Source: Nitrospirota bacterium (GTDB lineage Bacteria > Nitrospirota > JACRHL01). From it: a stretch of 64,000 nt of DNA. Under the pieces are notes generated by a model. That model saw only the letters and a program-made list of their open reading frames with translations, did not search any database and was not told the DNA's origin. Positions 61,192 to 64,000 of this stretch are shown piece by piece. Both the position numbers and the translations under genes were made by a program. Each line of letters opens with the position of its first letter. The stretch's first letter is position 1. Where the stretch lies: contig JAOUFN010000002.1 in the NCBI GenBank assembly GCA_029858285.1, forward strand, positions 77,896 to 141,895. The letters are read 5' to 3'.

Positions 61192-63612
61192 TCACACCAT
61201 CATCTGAGGCGCCGGGCTGCGAGGCGTCTCACCGGGGCGATGTGGGCCGGGGCTGCCCCCCGGCGGAGAAGCGAAGGCTTCGGCAAACACCTGATCCAGG
61301 GTTTCCGCAAAGGCAAAACGCAGGGAGCCGCGCACCTCGCGGGGCAGTTCGTCCAGATCCTTGCGGTTCTGCAGCGGCAGGATCACCGTGGCCAATCCGG
61401 CGCGACGGGCGGCCAGCACTTTTTCCTTGATGCCGCCTACCGGCAGCACGTGGCCACGCAGCGTCACCTCGCCGGTCATCGCCACCTCCGGGCGCAGCGA
61501 CTCGCCGGAATAAATGGACGCGATGGCGCTGGCCATGGTGACTCCGGCGCTGGGACCATCCTTGGGAATGGCCCCGGCCGGCACATGGATGTGCAGGTCG
61601 TACCCGGAGATCAGGTCGTCATGAATCCCCAGCGCCGCCTGCCGGGAACGCACACAGGTGAAGGCCGCCTGGGCCGACTCCTTCATCACGTCGCCGAGCT
61701 GACCGGTAAGGATCAGTTGCCCCTTGCCCTTCACCAGGGTGGCCTCGATGCGGATCAGGTCGCCCCCCACCGGGGTCCAGGCCAGACCGGTGGCGCTGCC
61801 GGGCTCGCTGTCGCGGGCACCCTCGACGTCGTCCAGGAAGCGCGGCACCCCCAGGTACCGGTGCAGGTTGGCGGGGGTGATGCGGTACAGCGTGTCACGC
61901 CCTTCTGCCACCCGGCGCGCCACCTTGCGGCACACGTTGGCCACTTCGCGCTCCAGGTTGCGCACCCCGGCCTCCCGCGTGTAGCGCGTAACCATGTGCT
62001 CCAGGGTACGGTCGGAAAGGTGGATGTGGGCATCGCCGATGCCGTGCTCGCCCATTTGCTTGGGGAGCAGATAACGGCGGGCGATCTGCACCTTTTCCGT
62101 CACCATGTAACTGGACAGGGAGATGATCTCCATGCGGTCCCGCAGCGGTCCTGGAATGGTGTCGAGCTGGTTGCAGGTAGTGATGAACATGACCCGCGAC
62201 AGGTCGAACGGCACACCCAGATAGTGGTCGGTAAAGGACGCGTTCTGCTCCGGGTCCAGCACCTCCAGCAAGGCCGAGGCGGGGTCGCCACGGAAGTCGG
62301 AGCCGAGTTTGTCGATCTCGTCCAGCATGAACACCGGGTTGTACGACCCGGCCTGCTTGAGGGACTGCACAATGCGACCGGGCATGGCGCCCACATAGGT
62401 GCGCCGGTGGCCTCGAATTTCCGCCTCATCGCGCATGCCCCCCAAGGCCACGCGCACGAAGTTGCGCCCCACGGCGCGGGCAATGGAGCGGCCCAGGGAG
62501 GTTTTGCCCACGCCGGGGGGGCCGAAGAAGCACAGGATCGGCCCCTTCATCTCGCCCTTGAGTTTGCACACCGCCAGGTATTCCAGGATGCGCTCCTTGA
62601 TTTTTTCCAGCCCGTAGTGGTCCTCGTCCAACACCAGGCGGGCCTGTTCCAGGTCCAGCACGTCCTGGGTGGAGACCGCCCACGGCAGTTCCGTGATCCA
62701 GTCCAGATAGGTACGGGTGATGGAGGCCTCGGAAGAGTCCGGGTGCATGCGCTCCAGCCGCGCCAGTTGCTTGCGCACCTCCTTCTCCACTTTGTCCGGC
62801 ATGTGCGCGTTTTCGATGGCGGTGAGCAGTTCCCGCGTCTCGGCGTCGCGGTCTTCCTCGCCCAGTTCCCGCTTGATGGACTTCATCTGCTCGCGCAGGA
62901 TGTACTCCCGCTGGGATTTGTCGATCTCGCTTTTGGCGTCGGTCTGGATCTGGTGCTGCACCTCGAGCACCGACAATTCGGTGGCCAGAACGCCGTTGAC
63001 CCGCTTCAGGCGGTCCACCGGATCCAGGTTCTCCAGCACCTCCTGGGCGATTTCCGCCCGCAGCCCGAGGTTGGAGACGATCATGTCCGCCAGTCGGCCC
63101 GGTTCGTCGATTTTCTCCAGCAGCACCAGGATGTCCGGTGCCATGCTCTTTCCATAGCCCACCAACCGTTCCATCTGTTCGGTGGCGGTGCGAATCAGCG
63201 CCTGCAACTCCACCCCTTCGATGTCCGGCGCCTGGTCGCTGACCGGCTCCACGGCCACGCGAAAATACTCTCCGGAGCCCGTAAACGAGGTTATGCGCGC
63301 CTTGCCCACCCCCTGCACCAGAATCTTGATACGTCCGTCCGGCAATTTGAGCATGCGCATCACCTGCGCCACCGTGCCCATGGTGAACACGTCCTCCGGG
63401 TCCGGCTCCTCGACCTCGATCAGTTTCTGGGTGGCCAGCAGGATCAGCCGGTTGTCCTCAAGGGCCGCCTCCACCGCCGCCACCGAGCGTGGGCGACCGA
63501 CAAACAAGGGCAGCACCATGTAGGGGAATACCACGATATCCCGCACCGGCAGCAGCGGCAGTGCTTCCGGGATCGTCACGGACTCCGGGACGGTATCTGG
63601 CAGTTCGTTCAT
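61192..63612 (-). CDS. lon: ATP-dependent Lon protease
   Basis: [17 protein letters not shown]-domain; AAA+ [15 protein letters not shown]; proteolytic [15 protein letters not shown] Ser-Lys dyad; 806 aa. Confidence 0.96.
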   Translation of the reverse strand: MNELPDTVPESVTIPEALPLLPVRDIVVFPYMVLPLFVGRPRSVAAVEAALEDNRLILLATQKLIEVEEPDPEDVFTMGTVAQVMRMLKLPDGRIKILVQGVGKARITSFTGSGEYFRVAVEPVSDQAPDIEGVELQALIRTATEQMERLVGYGKSMAPDILVLLEKIDEPGRLADMIVSNLGLRAEIAQEVLENLDPVDRLKRVNGVLATELSVLEVQHQIQTDAKSEIDKSQREYILREQMKSIKRELGEEDRDAETRELLTAIENAHMPDKVEKEVRKQLARLERMHPDSSEASITRTYLDWITELPWAVSTQDVLDLEQARLVLDEDHYGLEKIKERILEYLAVCKLKGEMKGPILCFFGPPGVGKTSLGRSIARAVGRNFVRVALGGMRDEAEIRGHRRTYVGAMPGRIVQSLKQAGSYNPVFMLDEIDKLGSDFRGDPASALLEVLDPEQNASFTDHYLGVPFDLSRVMFITTCNQLDTIPGPLRDRMEIISLSSYMVTEKVQIARRYLLPKQMGEHGIGDAHIHLSDRTLEHMVTRYTREAGVRNLEREVANVCRKVARRVAEGRDTLYRITPANLHRYLGVPRFLDDVEGARDSEPGSATGLAWTPVGGDLIRIEATLVKGKGQLILTGQLGDVMKESAQAAFTCVRSRQAALGIHDDLISGYDLHIHVPAGAIPKDGPSAGVTMASAIASIYSGESLRPEVAMTGEVTLRGHVLPVGGIKEKVLAARRAGLATVILPLQNRKDLDELPREVRGSLRFAFAETLDQVFAEAFASPPGGSPGPHRPGETPRSPAPQMMV

Positions 63613-63739
63613 TGGTGATCCTCAACGCAAATCGAGATGGAAAAAACGGAAGACACCCGCGCCGCCACCCCCATCCTTGCAAGCCAGGCCAGGCAGATCC
63701 AACCCGGCAGCTCGTCCCGGGACAGCCCGGCCAGTCGGG

Positions 63740-64000
63740 TCACAGCTTCAGGTCGTGGAGAAACGCCCGGAACTCTCCCCCCAGTTCCGGGGAGTCCATG
63801 GCCAGGGCCACGGTGGCCTTCAGGAAGCCCAGCTTGCTGCCCGCGTCGTAGCGCTCCCCCTTGAGTTCCAGACCGTGCACCACGCGACCCTGCAGCATCA
63901 TGCGGATGGCGTCGGTGAGTTGCAGCTCCCCACCCGCTCCGCGACTGATCTGTTCCAGGGAATTGAAAATAGCCGGATCAAGGATGTAGCGGCCAATCAC
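63740..64000 (-). CDS. galU: UTP--glucose-1-phosphate uridylyltransferase, C-terminal ~86 aa (5' part beyond window end)
   Basis: ...GGELQLTDAIRMM...ERYDAGSKLGFLKATVALAM matches the GalU C-terminus; truncated by the window edge. Confidence 0.7.
   Translation of the reverse strand: MIGRYILDPAIFNSLEQISRGAGGELQLTDAIRMMLQGRVVHGLELKGERYDAGSKLGFLKATVALAMDSPELGGEFRAFLHDLKL

Noticed and set aside
63613-63739. Sigma-32 heat-shock promoter upstream of lon
   Set aside because: CTTGCAA is present on the correct strand, but there is no CCCCAT-like -10 at 13-15 nt. The CCCCCATCC match is on the opposite strand.

Overview
This 64 kb window is uniformly high-GC (about 67-70%), gene-dense bacterial chromosome with a proteobacterial housekeeping backbone. 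I saw no CRISPR array, no integrase or transposase, and no compositionally distinct island; the only RNA gene is a single tRNA-Met(CAT). The long ORFs in the track that are antisense to these genes are treated as high-GC artefacts.

Gene content, in order:
- holA(partial)-lptE-leuS on the minus strand, then der.
- a LuxR-type regulator and a TerB-like protein.
- a two-HMA copper P-type ATPase (copA).
- a SirB1-like protein, a GcvT/YgfZ-like protein, an SPL-family radical SAM enzyme and bioB.
- tRNA-Met(CAT) with its own promoter and terminator.
- an acyltransferase-3, an aldo-keto reductase and a sulfotransferase-like gene, the last preceded by six copies of a 9-bp tandem repeat.
- a fructokinase / sucrose-phosphate synthase (with sucrose-phosphatase-like tail) / sucrose synthase operon.
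- thiO.
- a flagellar/chemotaxis cluster behind a sigma-54 promoter: flhG-fliA-cheY-cheZ-cheA-cheB-cheR-mcp-cheW, with cheZ carrying an N-terminal CheW domain.
- an outer-membrane porin-like protein with a small periplasmic binding-protein-like partner.
- coaX-birA-ridA, a bifunctional-nuclease-family protein, and two c-type cytochromes each paired with tiny membrane proteins.
- a compact, complete Pup-proteasome locus (arc/mpa-dop-pup-prcB-prcA-pafA) directly downstream of thiS-thiG-thiE.
- a FabI-like short-chain dehydrogenase, bcp, trpE translationally coupled to an ACT(UPF0237)-UPF0210 pair, an effector-less STAND NTPase-TPR protein, a DUF2062-like protein, thiL, lon, and the C-terminus of galU.

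The most unusual items are the CheW-CheZ fusion, the proteobacterial-context Pup-proteasome locus with a GGQ Pup plus Dop, the short tandem repeats that shape a promoter and the CheB tail, and the trpE-ACT-UPF0210 coupling. Every functional assignment is from motif recognition in the translations; none was checked against a database.
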